DNA of 63,854 bases, counting the filler, from Choristocarpus tenellus KU-1152 (Eukaryota > Protista > Phaeophyceae): assembly GCA_964200185.2 (NCBI GenBank). It is 10 parts of 10 records of this genome, joined end to end, with 100 filler letters (N's around TTAATTAATTAA, not from the genome) between each part and the next. Parts side by side here need not be neighbours in the genome. Positions count along the whole stretch, not along the records: positions 47,357 to 51,587 come from CAXNAD020015571.1; positions 51,688 to 54,600 come from CAXNAD020023700.1; positions 54,701 to 60,467 come from CAXNAD020009802.1; positions 60,568 to 63,854 come from CAXNAD020021030.1; 6 more parts are not named here. One strand, given 5' to 3'. Position numbers and translations under genes: made by a program. This document shows positions 48,436 to 62,340 of this stretch, in pieces. The notes beneath the pieces were generated by a model. It was not told the DNA's origin. It worked only from the letters and a program-made list of their open reading frames with translations, and searched no databases. Numbering within the stretch: position 1 is the stretch's first letter; each line of letters begins with the position of its first letter.

Positions 48436-51218
48436 CATGTTGATGTAGTGCACCATGATCTTGGGCACTTCTTCAATGTCTGGAAACTCCTTTGACAAGA
48501 CACGGCGAATATCCTGTATATGCCCACCAAAGGATCCCCCCAAGGTCCAACAGTCAGTCACCAGATGTAGGGAGGCAATCAAAATGGGTATAGGAATGTG
48601 AATGATACCATCTAAGAGGACAGTGCTGTTGAGTTTTAAAGGCCTCAATCACTCCGTTGTGGTACACATGTTTTGAGCACTCTGAAGTGCACCTCCAGCT
48701 GACAATGTATCCAAAGGTAATCTTCTCTTCCATAGGCACACCCTCCTAAGAAGTGTTAACTGTATCTCAGGCATGAGCACGGTGTGTGCTATACGGTATT
48801 CAAAAAAGCTTTAATACTCAAAAGCGTAAAGTCAACTCCTGTAGGATACACTCATGTATCAACTTTGTGAAGTGATCGCACTAATGCGGAGTACAGTGGA
48901 CTAGAGGGTACATGTACTGTGACATGCTTTAAAACCATGCCAGCGCAATGTAGAACAACCTTATACTATCCTGGACAGAGGGCACTACTTTACTTTGCTT
49001 TGGAGTGCTATGTACATACTTGGGCATGGTAGGGGTGATGGAGAGCAAATATTTAACCTTTTACTACAGCAAATTACTGCTTCGATTGAACAAAAAGACC
49101 AGACAGCAGATACAAACACAACACAATATCTACATGCCTACCCTCCTACACATACCCTGAACTTTGTATCTCCTCTGACAGTGTGAACAAAGCTTCAGTC
49201 AACAGCACACACATGTTACGCTGTATGCATACATGCAGAACTTTGTTGATCTCCTCTCATAGCCAGCATGTAGACAAAAACCTGATATTTCCAAAAGGAT
49301 TCATCAAGATTCCCAAACAAACTTATGCACCCCAACGATATGTTCTTAACCATATCACAACACACTACACAACTTTCATCCTCATCTTTAAGTACTCCAG
49401 AGGAGTAGGGCGAGGTCTGGTAACTAGGCACAGAGCTGGGTAGAGAGGGGAGGGGGGGGGGCTAATTCCTTTCACCTCTTCAATGTCGTGCTGAGGGCGC
49501 AACGTAGACATAACAGGGCATGGCTTGTCCTCCACAGCAATATTGACCAAAACATCAGCCACAAAGGGAAGCTTCTCAAGGATAGACCAACGAACACGTT
49601 GTGCAACCTGAGGGTAGTTCAGCACAAGCCAGCCCAGCCCATACAGGTGCAGTGTGATGTGTATGTTTTGGGGGGGTTAGCGGCAATGCTGCAAGCAATA
49701 GAGACTCTAGAGGGGAAGGGAGATGCTCAAGGAGAACAACAAGGTGGAGTGGGTCTATGGGGTGCTGAGTAGATGAGACAGGAAGACCCTTCACTACCAT
49801 AGGTGACTGCTTGGTAAATGTGAAGATACCTGTATCTCTCATGGTAATCACCAAACCAGAGTACTTGTTTTCTACAACTGCCATGCAGACTGTGACAAAG
49901 CAGTAAGGGTGATAGAACGGGGCATCTCTCAGTCTGTGATCACTGCAACATTCCCCTTTCCCACACTCTTAACATCCTCCTCTGATACCTTCATCCCTAA
50001 AGTCTACAGTCTCCTCTCCTGATGATTTCAACCCCCCCATCCGGCCCCCGACCCCCCTGACCCAAAAGTTCATGTCCTCACTCCCTCTTGCAGCAACTTT
50101 ACTAAGAAGAGAGTGTGTGCTAATGTACTACTGTACTATTGTATTACAGGTCTTGCAGAACCCTCTAGTACCTGTTGAGCTGCCGAAGCACTGATCTTCC
50201 CATCAGTCTGTATGGTCATGTCCACCAGGGTCTGTGGACCCATTCGCCGCGCACGAATGCGGTCAAAACTAACAACCCCCGCAACACCCCTGGTCACTGC
50301 GGCCACACGTTTAGGTACATCTGTGTCAGCTTCGTCTGTTAGCTGCTTAACACTGTCTGAGCATACCTGTGTGCGAGTGGGAGGAGGAGAGGGATCAAAG
50401 GACAAGACGCGCCAGGTAAAGGATGAGGGCCATGAGTAACACTAAAAACAACAAAGATAACAATAAGGGCATTAAGGGGGAACAAAACTATTTTAAAAGT
50501 AATTTACAGGGTGATTAACATCTTATTGGGTTGACATGACAAACACTGTTGATGCTGGTTTTCATGCCCCCTGTCCCTTACCCTATCGTCCATATAACTA
50601 TTATCAATTACATCAATGGTAGTAGTAGTAATAATACTATTGACATGACTCCAGCAACACCTTAAATGGTATGCAGGATGACATTGACAAGGAATGAGGA
50701 AGTACGAAAAATGTCGCACCTGTCCATACCCTAGAGTTTGACCAGGGTTAATCCAACTACTGCCTTGTGTATGCCAATGGCACCACGTACAACGATCAAC
50801 TTATTTAGATTGCCAAGACTCAAGCCTCGAGCTCACAGAACAGGTAAAACAACTAAAAAAGACAACAATGAGTAAGCGGTGTATCTCAAGGTGCTAAAAC
50901 ATCACCTCAAAAAAACAACAGGCAGATCACAACATTGAATGCAGAGGAGGAAAGAGGCATCAATAACCAGAATACAACAAAACAACACCATAGACTTGCA
51001 ACACCTACACCTACAAGGCCACCCCTTACCTGCACTCCTGTGAGTGCCACCATTCCCGCTACCAGCAGCCCTGCAATGGGGTCCAGCAGGGGGGCACCAC
51101 ATATTGAACCCAAGATTGCCACTAGGGCAACAACAGAGGACACTGCATCGCTACGGTGATGCCATGCATTGGCAATGAGTACCTGAGAGTTCTGCCTTTT
51201 TCCCACCCTGGAAGTGGC
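48436..51218 (-). CDS. Cation diffusion facilitator (CDF/MTP, FieF/MMT-like) metal transporter, central and C-terminal exons
   Basis: SQVLIANAWHHRSDAVSSVVAL (TM5 HxxxD site), LLDPIAGLLVAGMV, KQLTD and IRARRMGPQTLVD (dimerisation domain). Exons 51218-51030, ~50364-50173, ~49606-49475 and ~48513-48436. Confidence 0.9.
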
Positions 51219-51502
51219 CTAACAGGATTGGAATCGAAGGTGAAGTGTGCAGGGGGTGGCAAGGGGACAGAAAGGACAAGATTGGGCAAGCCTAGTTGTG
51301 ATGTGCAAAAGGAAAGGTTTACTTGAAGGGGGTAGTAGAGTATCTATCTATATATATATATGTATATGTGTATGAGAAGATGCGAAGCAACCGGGGTTAC
51401 AGTAGAAACTCCGCTTACAAAACTTCTAATACACTTACTGGTGAAGATGAGAACTCTCTACCCTCTTCAGTCTTGCCCCTGCCAGTGATAACACATCACC
51501 CC

Positions 51503-51541
<39 letters not shown>

Positions 51542-52017
51542 CGCCCGCCCCCCCCCCCCCTCGCCCTTTCCCCGCCACCCTTCCTTTNNNNNNNNNNNNN
51601 NNNNNNNNNNNNNNNNNNNNNNNNNNNNNNNTTAATTAATTAANNNNNNNNNNNNNNNNNNNNNNNNNNNNNNNNNNNNNNNNNNNNTTGTTGACTCTTT
51701 TCCTGACTTAACTTCTGAGGGATTGATCTCCTTCTTTGACCTTTGTCTCTCTTTGATCTGTCCTCCTGTGGGTCTTCCCGCTTCCCTTTAGTACGAACCT
51801 GTCGACAGTTTCCACCTGTTTCACAGTGGTGACGACGGCAATCGTTTTGAAGTGGGAGAGTACCTTTCCAGTACGTTTGGGGGGAAACTCTGAGTACATT
51901 GCCTGTACTTTGAACACCACATATGCCAAATCGCTCCCCTTCATTACGAAGAACCTATCGGCAGTTTCCACCTATTTCGCATTTATCATACTGACATATA
52001 TTTATATATGTATGTAT

Positions 52018-52085
52018 AATTTTGTATAGTTTCCATTAGAGTCCCTCCTGACACACCTGTAAAATGTCAGAGGGCATAATATTAA
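52018..52085 (-). repeat. Diverged copy of the YR-element terminal motif
   Basis: TATAGTTTCCATTAGAGTCCCTCCTGACACACCTGTAAAATGTCAGAGGGCATAATA aligns with 7074-7130. Confidence 0.8.
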
Positions 52086-54321
52086 AAATCCCTAATTCTA
52101 ATAGAGGCACATTTTTGGAAAATGTTAGAGGTCAAAATATGAATATACAGTTACCTGGGTGAACCATGCCGCTATAGAATCACACGATTCACAACAGACC
52201 TAATAAATATTCTTCTGATATATGTAGAGGAAATTTACTCTGCGTGTCCACATTCGTAAGTGATTCCCGAAAACAACAATATTTGTCCCAACCGTACAAC
52301 ATCATCTCCCCGCAATACCCTATCGGAAAACACGGTCCATCATTGTTGGTTTCTTTAAGAATTATCAAAATTAAGTACAGTTGTACTTGGTAGTATAATA
52401 ATATAAATATATGGTTGTAATTTGGAGATATATACAGTAACAATTTCTTCCATCGAATGTCTTTGTTGTGCTTGCAACCTATACTGACGACTGTCAGTCA
52501 CTATGTGTTGGTTCTTTGCCATTATTGCAAAATAATATATATATATATATATATATATATGGCCACTGACGTTTCCCGATAATGTTAGTGCGTACTAATA
52601 AAGACAAGGACTGGAAAACAAGATCAACCACATTTTTTTCTCATGCTACTGTTCAGAGTCAATCTAAACTAGATTTACGCAGAGTCACATTTTAACGGTA
52701 TTGACAAATGTATGCAAATTTCGGCTTCTTTTCTTTTACATCTCCTTACGGGATATCTTCTGAACTTGTATCGAAAAGTATTCTTAAAAATAGAAAAATC
52801 AACATTCTCAGGTCAAAATTATTGCTTGTCATTATACCGTTATTGCCGTATGCCATATACCGTGGTACCGATTGAGGTTCCCAGTGAAGAGTCCATGATT
52901 TCACGGACAGACTTTCTGTCAGAATGTCACACACGGAAGATCCACTTTATTCTCACGTCTTGACTGATGATTGTGATGAAGCCCCACCTTTGATGGTGCT
53001 CCTCACTCCTAAGTTTGCACTTTTCCAACCTTAACCTCGTACCCTCGGTTACGGTTCGTCCTTGTTCGTGTGGTTCGTCTTACCCGGTGATTCTCTTCGC
53101 CACCCTTATCTGAGTGAACCACGCCGCCACAGAATCACACGATTCACACGAATCGCTAAAGATTTGAAAGTGGCTTAAAATGAACACAACAAAAACGTGG
53201 GTACCTCTCGTTTACTACACCTCTCAGTGGTCTCCATTTCACTGTGAGAACGGACATTGCTGGGGGGTTGTTGAGCATGGTTGTGGCAAGGTGGACGTGT
53301 TCGTGTTGGTAACATCAAACACAGTCAAATCTTCACATACATGTCGCCCACTTGTGGGTGTTACATCAATCGTATTTCGTTCATTTGCTTACCCTTACAA
53401 TAAAACACCTTCAACTACTTGAAAAAAAAGAAATGCAAGTTGCATATATATATTTATTTTCTGTACAACTTCCATGATATGGGAAGTGCCTACACTACTG
53501 AACCAGAGGTAGACAGTACGAATAAGACCACAACAATAATGGCAGCTGTCAGCTATGCTAAATTGGCTGATGAGGCCTCTGTGGCACAAATTCATATAGA
53601 GCACAAAAATCAACTCCAGCTAGCCCTAATGACAGCAAGTCATTCTTCATTCAACAACAGTAAGACCAGCTTGTCTTATTACCAAACCCTGAATCCTTCA
53701 ACACAAACAGACAGAATTGCCACTAACACAATGTCCCCAAAACATCTGAATCTTCTCTGCATCACAAGAAACTAAAGAGGGAACACAACACTTCAACTAA
53801 TAGTATCAGGGAAAAAAACTGCTGCGCTACAATCAGTAAATAGTTCAGAGGGAAATGGAAGGGGGGAGGATAAACAGCAGCTAAGCCCTCCTCACGAATA
53901 AGGCGTTGAGACAAAACCCTACTTCAAACATATATATAGTTATCTAACAATTTTGAAACATCACATAACAAACGCAAATAGCAACTCCTTGCCACAACTG
54001 CCCCTACGAAACCCCCTGCCTCCCACACATACCAGATACAAAAGGGACACATTCATAATCGGTCACCTCACTAGAGCCACAACCATAAAGTCTACCTAGG
54101 ACCTATGAGCTAGCCTCCTCCCCTTGCTCCAAGATGAATTGGTGGAACACTTACGGATACAAATGAGAGGAACCAAAAGTTCAAAGTCATAGCATGCACA
54201 TCATCTTTCCCGAGCACTTTAAGCCATTTGTGAACTCAAGTGTCAACAAGTTGCCTCTTTGATCTTCCACAAAGATTCACAAGTCCTACCCCGCACCCCC
54301 CAACATCCTCTGGAGCAAAAA

Positions 54322-57300
54322 CTATTCCACCCACGACATTAGTTCCTCGTCACTAACCCCTACCCCAGCGACAGTCAATTTCCGCTGGTCTGGGCTGCTC
54401 TCTTGAGAGTCCCTACCCCTGTCATCCTCAGCACCTTGCCTCATCCTTTTGACTGTTCCCATGTCATCCTTCGCCAGCATTGATTGGGGCTCCTCATCTG
54501 TTTGAATCTCCACAATACCCTCTGACGATAAAATGCCTGCCATTCCCTGCACTTCCATGTCCAGGAAGGACATGGGTACATGCTCTGATCCCATCCCCAC
54601 NNNNNNNNNNNNNNNNNNNNNNNNNNNNNNNNNNNNNNNNNNNNTTAATTAATTAANNNNNNNNNNNNNNNNNNNNNNNNNNNNNNNNNNNNNNNNNNNN
54701 TGGCAGAACTGGCAGAATCGCCTCTCCCCCCCCCTACCAACCTCGCACTGGATGACGCCCCCTCATAGCTACCCCTCCCCATCCCTATACGCATGCTCCT
54801 CGCCACCTGCATCTCAAACACACCATTCATAGCCCACACGGCATTCGACACCTGCTCTCGTGCCAAAACGCCTTCAACTCGAGCTTTTTCGGCTGCCTCT
54901 TCCTTTGCAATCATCTGAGCCTCCTCCCACATTGTGTAGTCATCGTCATCGTCCTCATCCTCATCCTCCTCTTCAATCTCCTCCATCTCTTCATCTTCAT
55001 CCTGGTTGGCTCGAAATTCCTGGTCCTCCCGACGATGGACCTCTTTATTCTCCTGCTCACAAAGAAGAGGGAGGGGGAGGGGGAGGGGGAGGGGGAGGGA
55101 ATAGAATTAGGAGGGCAAGTGGTTGGAGGGTGGGGCAGGGGGTAAGGAGGTAAGATATTTCCTAGTGACAGCTGGAAGGCTAAAATAGGAGTGGTGGTAT
55201 GTTTATCGATGGCTTTGAACTACAACAGGAGAAATAGGATTGTGGTTGGTTGCCCAAGCAGTGCAGATAAACTCGGACACCTACCATTTATGGTTTCCAT
55301 CCTTCATCCTTGATGATGTCATCTAAAGTACTACACATGGCGTTATGTGTGAATATTGCTACAATAGCTACTTACCCTAAGTTCCAAAAGAGAAAATAAA
55401 TAAATATATATGTATATATATATATATACATATGCATCTATAGGCACATCCAGGACAACATAACATTTCAATAGAGTAACTCCATCTTCTAGTGTTAGAA
55501 ATAACGCAACGATGTTTTGGAGAAAAGAGATGGTACAGACCAAATGACCCCTGGCATTTACTGGACAACTAACGTGTCAGAGCAAATGATATCAACCATT
55601 GTCCAAGGGAACAGCAACCATATCACAGGGCTAGCAACCCCTAGCATAAACAACGCTTTCGACAACAGGCACAACGCTTTCGATTTTCTATATTTCTTTC
55701 TTCTCTCTCTCCCTCTCTCTCCACTTCAACAAAAATAAACAAAAATAAAACCGGATCAAAATCGGATTAAAACCTCTGCCGGCATTGTTCTTCACAACAG
55801 AGACCACCGGGAAAATGGGCTCGAGACCTGACTAACAAAAATTACGTGCCAAACACGGTACAACATTTAAGGGTGCGTAACCCTAACCCTTGGGTATCAC
55901 ATGGCGCGCCACACATGCAGGTGATAGTTGTACTCCATCACTCAGAAACAAAGAAAAAAGCCTACCTACACACAACCAACTCCTAACCATACGAGGACAG
56001 GCACCAACAACATCGGATCGGAGAGAGGGATAGGGGTGCAACATACAAGGTCAATCACCCAGCATACAAAATGCCCATCCAGTAAAAAAAAACACCCAAA
56101 ACAAGTCGCAAAACTAAAAAGTCAGGAACGGCGAAGGGTTGATTACCTCCATAATCCTTTGGCGAGCCTCCTTGTCCTTCATCCTCTTCTCTTCATCTAG
56201 CATTGACAGGATCTCCTGCCGCCTAACCTCCTCTAGGGTATTGAGCGTGTACGTCTGAGCGAGCATCTTCTCCATCTCCTTCTCAATATAGACTGCCGCA
56301 CTGTAGTAACTCACCGAGTACTGTTGTAATCAGGAAGGCGGTGTCTGGTTAACTATGGTCAAAGTCGTAGGGATGGCTAGACCCACACAAACATTCCGCT
56401 GCAATGTCATGACAATCCATGCCCAGGGCTCAAATATAGGTAGGGGGGGAAGCAAGATAAGGCAGGAAGATTGAGGACTGCACTGTCTCCACTGCACAGT
56501 GTCAGCCAGTTCTTCTTCCACCATGTTCCATTCATGTTCATCTGAAATTTCACAAAGGATTGTCACACCTTGAGACAAAACCACAGTCCAACACACAGCT
56601 AGCACTTACAACAGTTCAACACAAGAACTGCCATCACTGCAAAACAACACAACAGGCGTTTTGGTTGATGAATCTCAACCTCCCATCAAACCAAAACTGT
56701 ACAAACCACAATTCCAGACATCCCCTGCATAGCCAGCACTCATACAACCAAAAAATTCTCTCATGCTAGAGGAGGCAGCAACCAGCCAGTACTAATACCA
56801 ACACTAATACCAACATCAACTCCATACAAAACACAAACAAATCTATGTACTCAAATCTATACATCAACAATCTTATTGAATAAAGGAATTGACAAAGACC
56901 CCACCTTAACCCCCCCCCCCCCCACATACACACACAAAATCCTCCGAAAACGTCCACACTCCAAGAGAAACAAAAAAACATCCATTCAGAACCAAAACCG
57001 TAACTGCCGAACCAAACGCCTTCCTCCTCCGTTCGCACTCACAGAATCATTGGCATTATCTGGGTCGTCAGGACTGTTGTAGCGAAGGGCGTTGGAAATG
57101 ACAAGCCGAATATCCCGTATGAATTCAGAATGGTGAAGGTAAGTTCGGCCACTATCATCGGCATCACCCAGATTAGCCTCGACTTTCCGGAACCACATGG
57201 GATGAGGACACTTAGAGAGATAGTCTGGTATCATGACCGTATCGATCTCCTCACTAAACAAGCACAGTGAGCAATAGGATAAGAGAGGGGGGGGGTTGGG

Positions 57301-59056
57301 GGTTGGTGGGGGTGGGGCAGAAAAACCAGGAGGGCGTGCGCATGTGCACATACAGGACAAAAAAATGGGAAAAAAAAATCATTCACAGCAAATGTATCTA
57401 CCGGTGTGTATCTAAAAAATTAAAATATGAATACAGATGAGGTCGATTTTACTCCCACAGAAAAGGACTATCCAGATTTGTCCAATCTCTTTGTATGAGG
57501 CAAGTAGTTCAACCACCAAAAAGGATCAAAGTATCTGGGGGGGGGGGGGGGGCGGGGTGGCGACTGTCTATGGTTACATGCATCGGATGGATAATTTCAG
57601 TTCACTTTTCCTGGTCGTGACCCAAATGGACAACTTAAGTTTGACAACCTGGTGTAGATCCCCCACCTTCCCCACAGATACTTAGAGTCAAACTTAAAAA
57701 TGAACTATCATCGTACCAGCCCTAACCCTAACCCATGTGCAGCACTAGCCCCAGATTGTACTCAAAACACCATTGTGCCATGGATGCAGAGCTACCCATG
57801 AGGGGTGAGGGGGAACAAAATCTCCCACAGCTCTTACGTCATGATATTAAAAAAAAACGCAACCAGCTCACGTAAACATCTTTCCCTTCTGATTCTTGCA
57901 AAGGTTCTTCATAACCGTCTTGGCGTGGCCAGTGGTATTGAGAAGCTTCAGCTCAGAGACCAACGCCTCCCTCATTTTGCGTTCCCTATTGCGCTCTGCA
58001 AAGTTCAGCCTGCATGGGCGTGAGTGCTGGCAAAAGAAAAAAAACACATACAAGAAGAAAAAATATTGCAAAAATTCGAGTATCAGCACAAAAACTTTTT
58101 TTTTTTAATCTCAAGAAAGTAGTATGGTGTTAAAACAACAGGATGAAAAAAAAGTCAGAACAAAACGAAAAAATGATGAATAGTGAAGTTTATCCCCCCC
58201 CCCCAATTTTTCATAGACATGCAGTCCAAATCTCTCAACGACCACAAAAGTGTCAGTACCAAGCAGTACCAACCTGGAGGGGTGAGGAGGAGGTAAGAGA
58301 TTGTTTTCCATCTATGAATAGGCTGGAGGGAGGGATGGAAATTCCAAAAAAATCACAGCAAAAGTGCGTGATGGGCATGGCCCCTCCCCTCGCCATCAGA
58401 CACCCCTTGTATCCCAAAGGAAGTCGTAGCATTACATTGATTCAATCCAGCATGCACACCTACATATGCTTGCTATATACATTAGAGTCATTAGAGTCTT
58501 AGAGTAAACAAGACGAGGGTCTCGCTGGGTTTCAAGGGCACATATATCACCTCCTGGTGGCACAGGTTTTGAGCAGCTGATCCAATAAACAGCAACCTAG
58601 TGGACTACACTTTGTCTGCTTAGTTGCTGTAACTAGCTCTCAGGATAAACTGCTTATGAATGACACTTACCGATGTCTTCACCTTAAAACAAACAAAAAC
58701 AATTCTTTCAAAACTCCCTTCAGTCCAAACCCCTCCCCCCCCCTCTCAACTACCTCCACTCAACATAAACACCCCAATCGCACCCTAACCCTAACCCTAT
58801 CCACCAACCTCTTATCCAATCATTCCTCAACCCTAACCCCAACTCCAACAACACTCTAATACTGATCTAACGATACCCTACATCTTGAACCCTACCCTTA
58901 ACCATTTCAAAACTCTCAACAGTAACCTCACCTCTTACCATGACCCGCTTCTACTCCAGTCCTTACCTCAGCCTCTGGGTCCTCTGGTGTAAAGTCCTCC
59001 TTGAGTCCCTCCAGGCTGATATCCTCCGGCAAGCCCTCTAGCTCTGTCATGAACTC
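54322..59056 (-). CDS. Bromodomain-containing protein (partial, multi-exon; the last exon lies across a gap)
   Basis: AKTVMKNLCKNQKGKMFT|EEIDTVMIPDYLSKCPHPMWFRKVEANL...YLHHSEFIRDIRLVISNALRYN...YYSAAVYIEKEMEKML follows the bromodomain pattern (PDY, PM, F..D.RL...NA..YN). An acidic tail follows. Confidence 0.82.
57523..57689 (-). mobile_element. MITE family A, full intronic copy
   Basis: GGATCAAAGTATCTGGGG ... CACAGATACTTAGAGTC, with flanks AAAA/AAAC. Confidence 0.82.
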
Positions 59057-61316
59057 CAGGCACACCCAACGAAAGTAGGTTCGCATATGTTGACACACGA
59101 GCACCACCGTGGCAGCGTAAGCATCTCCAGTGTAGTGTGACTGTGACCAATAGTTGATCCCATTTGTGAAGGTGCGGATTGTCTAATTGATCGATATGAG
59201 GGGATTAGCAGACGAGGCAATACAGAAAAAGAGCCAGTGTGGGGGAGGGGGAGGGGGAGGGGGAGGGGGGGGGGGGGGGGGGGGGGTCAGACTGGTGTTG
59301 AAAACACCCCAACCTACAATCTGTATTCCTGTGAGGGATGAGTGCATTGTACTCAGTACAAAATATGTGGGATAAACATTGAGATGAAATTTGATTCTAT
59401 TCAGTACATGATGAGGGTTGGGGACATTTGAGACACATGTCATCGTTTCTTGTGATAAATACCTACCAATGACACATAATCACAGACTAAAAAAACAAAA
59501 ACTTTACGGCTGAGTATTATTATCTTAACAACCACTTTCACAAAAAAAGGGGGGGTATTAAATTAAAAAAATCCAATCCTTCAAAGGAGTGAACAAAAAA
59601 TAACAAAAAAAAATCAACTTCTTACAAAAAAACAACCTCGAGAAGTACTTAAAATCAAAGAGCATCTCCTTTTTCTTCTTAAACCTCAATTGACAAAGGG
59701 ATAGGGTTAGCCCTTAACCCCAAGCATGTCCACCTGTCATCTATCATAGACACTACTTAGGGTTCATCATCACACCCACCCACAAACCTCAGGAATTAAG
59801 TCCTTCACATCTACACCAACAGGATTCAATGTCTTAAATAGCACAAATTTGGTATGATAAATTTAGGACTATCCAAGTGCTTCTGGTGGGTACACTCCAC
59901 CTCATGTAACCAGAGAATCACCCTCTTGGAGGCTCTTGCCCCAAACAATTCCAGACCAATAGGGCGTAATCATCAGAAACATCACACCCAAGTTTCTCCA
60001 CTACCCACACCCATTCGTTCCTCCATTCCCTCAAAAAACAATCTACAAACACAAACGGGGGTGGGAACAGGAATACCATGGGAGGCGTTTCTCGGTGGTT
60101 ACAGCAAGGCCTGTTGGTCCTGACTAAGATCGGTCAAGTCTTTGAGTTTTCCCACCAAAACAACCCGGATGGCTCTAGATTCAAATATCACTAACATCAC
60201 TCTGACTAAGGCTGTCAAAAGACACGTGCGTCTGGAGGTTATAGGTGAAAATAACTACCTCACATGGATGTGATATTATTCTTAGGGTACAAAAATAAAA
60301 TAAATAATAAAAATAAAACAAAATATCACAGTATACTCTAGTCTCCTAAATAAGCGTCCGTTTTTTTCCTTTTTTTGTGTGATTTGATCGCACATGTCGG
60401 ATTTGAAATGTCAGAAAAAAAAAGGGTTGTTTGACCGAAACAGACGCCCCCTCACAACCCCCCCCCCNNNNNNNNNNNNNNNNNNNNNNNNNNNNNNNNN
60501 NNNNNNNNNNNTTAATTAATTAANNNNNNNNNNNNNNNNNNNNNNNNNNNNNNNNNNNNNNNNNNNNATAGCCCCCCCCCCCAACAAATGGAAGCCCAGG
60601 ACACCTTCCCCCACAGGAACGCTAAAGGTGTGTATCTACACTCCAATATTGTGGAGGCCCTCAGCGATGTACCTATGTATATTTTAGGAATTCCAAATGT
60701 TGCCATCGTAAAAGGATGGGCCCAGTGGGTCCCATTCTCGACGTGCAAACATTCTCATGCATGTTTGTAAGATCCCCCTGCTTGAAGTTAGTGCTTCAAA
60801 CTTGGGAGGGGAAACGAAAACGGCACCATCCTCAGGGCCTCATAGAACATTTAAACTCTTGGAATCATATCAGGCCTTGTAGTATGACTGCTTAAGTGAG
60901 CATGGTGGACAAAGTCAGCGCCGTGGCTCTGGGGGAAAGAACCAGGCATCCAGACAGCAGCAGGCACCTGCTCTAGGTCACCAAAATGGAGGCACCCCTG
61001 AGGGAGTCAGTACCTCATAGCTCAACCCTGTTTGGCGGGAAATGATGTTAATTTGACCCAAAGTAACGAAATATACCCAGTTTTTGGATGTATTATATAT
61101 TGTAACCCAGTTATTCATTGTTTTGCAATTCGTTCATATTTCTATGAGCGACGTGCTAAATTTCACTCGAGAGTTTTAGCAAAAGTGTTAATGATCGAAT
61201 GTCAATATACTTGCTCTGGATACACCCTCCGTGCTCATTCCCTTCCTATGGTTTCTGTCTGTCTATGAACATTGTTGAGTGTAATTCTAGGTGTGGTTTA
61301 TTTCTCTTTGTTCGAA

Positions 61317-61381
61317 ACGATTCGACACTATTCGGAAAGTATCCTATACGATTCGACACTATTCGGAAAGTATCATATACG
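61317..61381. repeat. 30-bp tandem duplication
   Basis: ACGATTCGACACTATTCGGAAAGTATC(C/A)TAT x2. Confidence 0.85.
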
Positions 61382-62086
61382 CATTTGTAAGAAGAAAAAA
61401 AGTACAAATTTGCTGGTATCCATAAAGTGCAACTCTGGATACCTCTAGTTTGCTTTGACTCTTTAGAGGTGTTTATCCCCAACCACACGACTAAGAGCCC
61501 ATATATATGCCCTCCAACAGGAAATTGTGTCTGCCAAGGAGAAGGTAGGAAGTGAATTGGGGTCCGCAGGACAGCAGCACGATCGTCAAGGTGGGGAATA
61601 TTCCCCAGACGGCTTGAAGGAACGAAATTGCAGGTCCGATCCAGGCCCTGATGGCCTTCCGAATCAGTCATATCCACTTGGTGTGGTACATGAGCAAATG
61701 TCCGTGAAGGGGGAAGAAAGAAGGTTCTGGACAAAAAGATAGCTTTTGTCGGAGACAAATGTTTGGGACTGCAAGAAAGATGGAATGACGAAAAAGAAAC
61801 AAAATTAATGAGCGAAATTCCGAAATGTTGACTCAACTTCAATTTTTGGGGCATTTTTCGGTCCCCAAGTGCGAACGTTTCTGAATCTCTTCAAATTATG
61901 GGGAAAAAAAAAAGTTGCACCTTCCCCACACTTCACCAATGTTTCTTTACAGATAGTATGGGACACACTGTTGATATTATCACTCCCCATGTCTTTGAAT
62001 CCTAAATTGTGAATTTGGAGTTTGAGAAAATCCTAATCCCTGAAGGGGAGATTGAGTCCAATATCATAACAATAAAACCTTGTAAT

Positions 62087-62340
62087 GACCCAAAGTATCT
62101 GGGGGGGGTGGGGGGGGNNNNNNNNNNATCAAAAAAACTAAAAGTATGTGGCTGGTCGTGGTGGTGGGGGGGGGGGGGGGGGTATCTACACCAGGGTGTC
62201 CATTTCGACCAAAATCAGGAAAAGAAAAGGAGTATCTGCATTATCCATCTGATGTATGCAACCAAATCACCCAAAAATCGCGACATGAAAAAATTGACCC
62301 CAAATTGACAGCCGCCACCCCCCCCCAGATACTCTGAACC
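62087..62340 (+). mobile_element. MITE family A copy (contains a 10-N gap)
   Basis: GACCCAAAGTATCTGGGG ... CCCCAGATACTCTGAACC, internal CTACACCAGGGTGTCCATTT, flanks TAAT/CAAT. Confidence 0.8.
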
